Translations under genes and position numbers: made by a program
Shown here: positions 62,323 through 64,000 of the stretch, piece after piece
Layout: every line of letters begins with the position of its first letter
How positions within the stretch are numbered: the first letter of the stretch is position 1
Notes under the pieces: model-generated
The model's database searches: none
Told to the model about the DNA's origin: nothing
Seen by the model: only the letters and a program-made list of their open reading frames with translations
From: Balanoglossus misakiensis
Lineage: Eukaryota > Animalia > Hemichordata
Direction of reading: 5' to 3'
Assembly: GCA_040954595.2 (NCBI GenBank)
Contig: CM082582.2
Span: forward strand, 7,132,063-7,196,062
DNA length: 64,000 nt

Positions 62323-62397
62323 ATGGCGATAAGCAAGGAATCCACAATTGTCGACCGGTCGGACTTTGATCCGTGGGCACTGCCCGAGTTTTACGAG
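62323..62397 (+). CDS. Probable first coding exon of an SLC34-like (NaPi-II) sodium-phosphate cotransporter; remainder outside the window
   Basis: gtcgccATGG start context; MAISKESTIVDRSDFDPWALPEFYE|gtttgg. DPWxLP resembles the N-terminal motif I recall from SLC34A2-type proteins; only 25 codons of evidence. Confidence 0.4.
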
Positions 62398-64000
62398 GTT
62401 TGGTTTTCTGAAGACATTCAAAGAGGTTGTAAATTGGTGGGGTTTACTCTAAGAATTAAGAAAAAATCAAAAATGGGGTAAACAACCTTGGGTCTTGCGA
62501 GGAGTTATATTCGGACACGCTTTCTTGTTTTATTGACTTTAAACAATTGATCGGAAAATAATAGACTTAGAACAGGCATGTATCCAAAAAGACAGTATAT
62601 GTAAACACGTGTGTCCTTACAATACCCATTGTTTCATTTCCGCACGTGGACAGCTCCGCAAGTCACATCCAGGTCAAATATGTGACTTTGCGTGGCGTAT
62701 ATATCTCCTCCTGTCCTCGCTCAAGTTCAATTTTATCACTTACAACGTCAACAGGATATAAGTCTTGTACAAACAGGATAGCTCTTTAAATTTCCAAAAC
62801 AAATCAAAATTTTGAAATAAGTAGCAATATTTTGTCAAGTTTAGTAGTGATTTTGAAATTCGTTTGTTTATTGCTTTGTTTACATCAAGCTTTCAACAAA
62901 TACATAAGATCAGTGCTAATAGCAGGGGTGTTGGAAAACTTAGAGCGATGTTGGATTTTGGTCCTAATTTCAGGGAATTATCAAATTTTTCAGTTGTGCA
63001 ACATACATACTGATACACTGTTTGCGTACTTCGCTAATGGAAATGGTACATTAAATTTCAGATTAACACTCGGAAATGCTCGAAACTTACAGCGCATACC
63101 TAGCCGATTCTTCTGATACAAAACGCGTTAGCCTTCAATTTTTAATTTTCTGCATTTAACTACCTGACCACGATTTCCTGAGGATTTTCAAATTCGGCAC
63201 ATCTTCGAATAGTTTTGACGAGGCAACGGGGTTCATTGAATGATGACGGAAGGGACAAGATATGCACATCCCAAGTAAACAACTGTGTACGCCGGTTTTT
63301 AGGAAAACTTCCGCCGAAATAAAGTCGGCTTGGTATCACACGGCGCGGTAAAGAATAGGGGGTCGTAAAGGTGTGTGGAACGGCGCTGTTAATGAACCTA
63401 TATAAGAAACCACAGAGGGCCGGGTATCGCTGTCTGCTTGACCGACAATAACCTCTCCTTTTTGATCGCGTGTTGTTGGGTAGGGTGGGTTAGGGCGGTA
63501 TCCACCCCCCCCCCCCCCCCGACGCGTGTCAATCATTTCTGAAAGTAAAAATGTTCGAACGACGTGCGTTTCTCTTTATACCTCTTCTCCTCCTGATCTC
63601 ACACCACGTTTTCTACCATTTAGTTAGCTGATACTGAATCTATATATTCAATGGTAAAAATAATTGAAATAGTAAAAAAATTCCGTTTCGAATAAATGTC
63701 CCGGTTTATATACATCGTCTCGGTTGTGATTCACTGATAAATCTGAACTAACGAATAAAAGAACCAACGATGTGTGTTTACTGACGTTTCTACACGTTTT
63801 TAAGATAAAAAATATTTGTTTTCTAAATAGTTCAAACAGTGATTAACCAGCACTTTCGACGACTAAGGTTCTAGAGAAAGTAACAGAATCGGGAGTCATT
63901 TCGATAGAAAGTTTTCTGTTTATTCTTATAAAGATGGTCATAAAATACTTCCGAGAGATATTACACGGGAAACTTGTTGAAAGGAAATATCGATATGACA

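Overview
Intron-rich animal genomic DNA, probably from a marine invertebrate (species not identifiable from the sequence). Most of the ORF track is noise; the genes were rebuilt by joining GT-AG exons in phase. In order: (1) the last two coding exons of a DUSP22/DUSP15-like atypical dual-specificity phosphatase (+); (2) a ~13 kb intergenic stretch rich in NF-kB, CRE, octamer, X-box, ISRE and GAS motifs, with several candidate alternative first exons; (3) two complete tandem IRF4/8-type interferon regulatory factor genes (+), here IRF-A (9 coding exons, 596 aa) and IRF-B (6 coding exons, 751 aa); (4) a two-exon two-pore-domain K+ channel gene (-, 394 aa) with a frameshifted partial paralogue just 3' of it; (5) a probable first coding exon of an SLC34-like Na/Pi cotransporter (+). 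Several very small MITEs and microsatellites are also present. Highlights: the DUSP22-then-IRF4 gene order known from human 6p25.3 appears here in an invertebrate; IRF-B has a dense intronic STAT (GAS) site cluster while IRF-A has upstream NF-kB modules, suggesting the duplicates split their signalling inputs. All regulatory claims are motif-based inferences.
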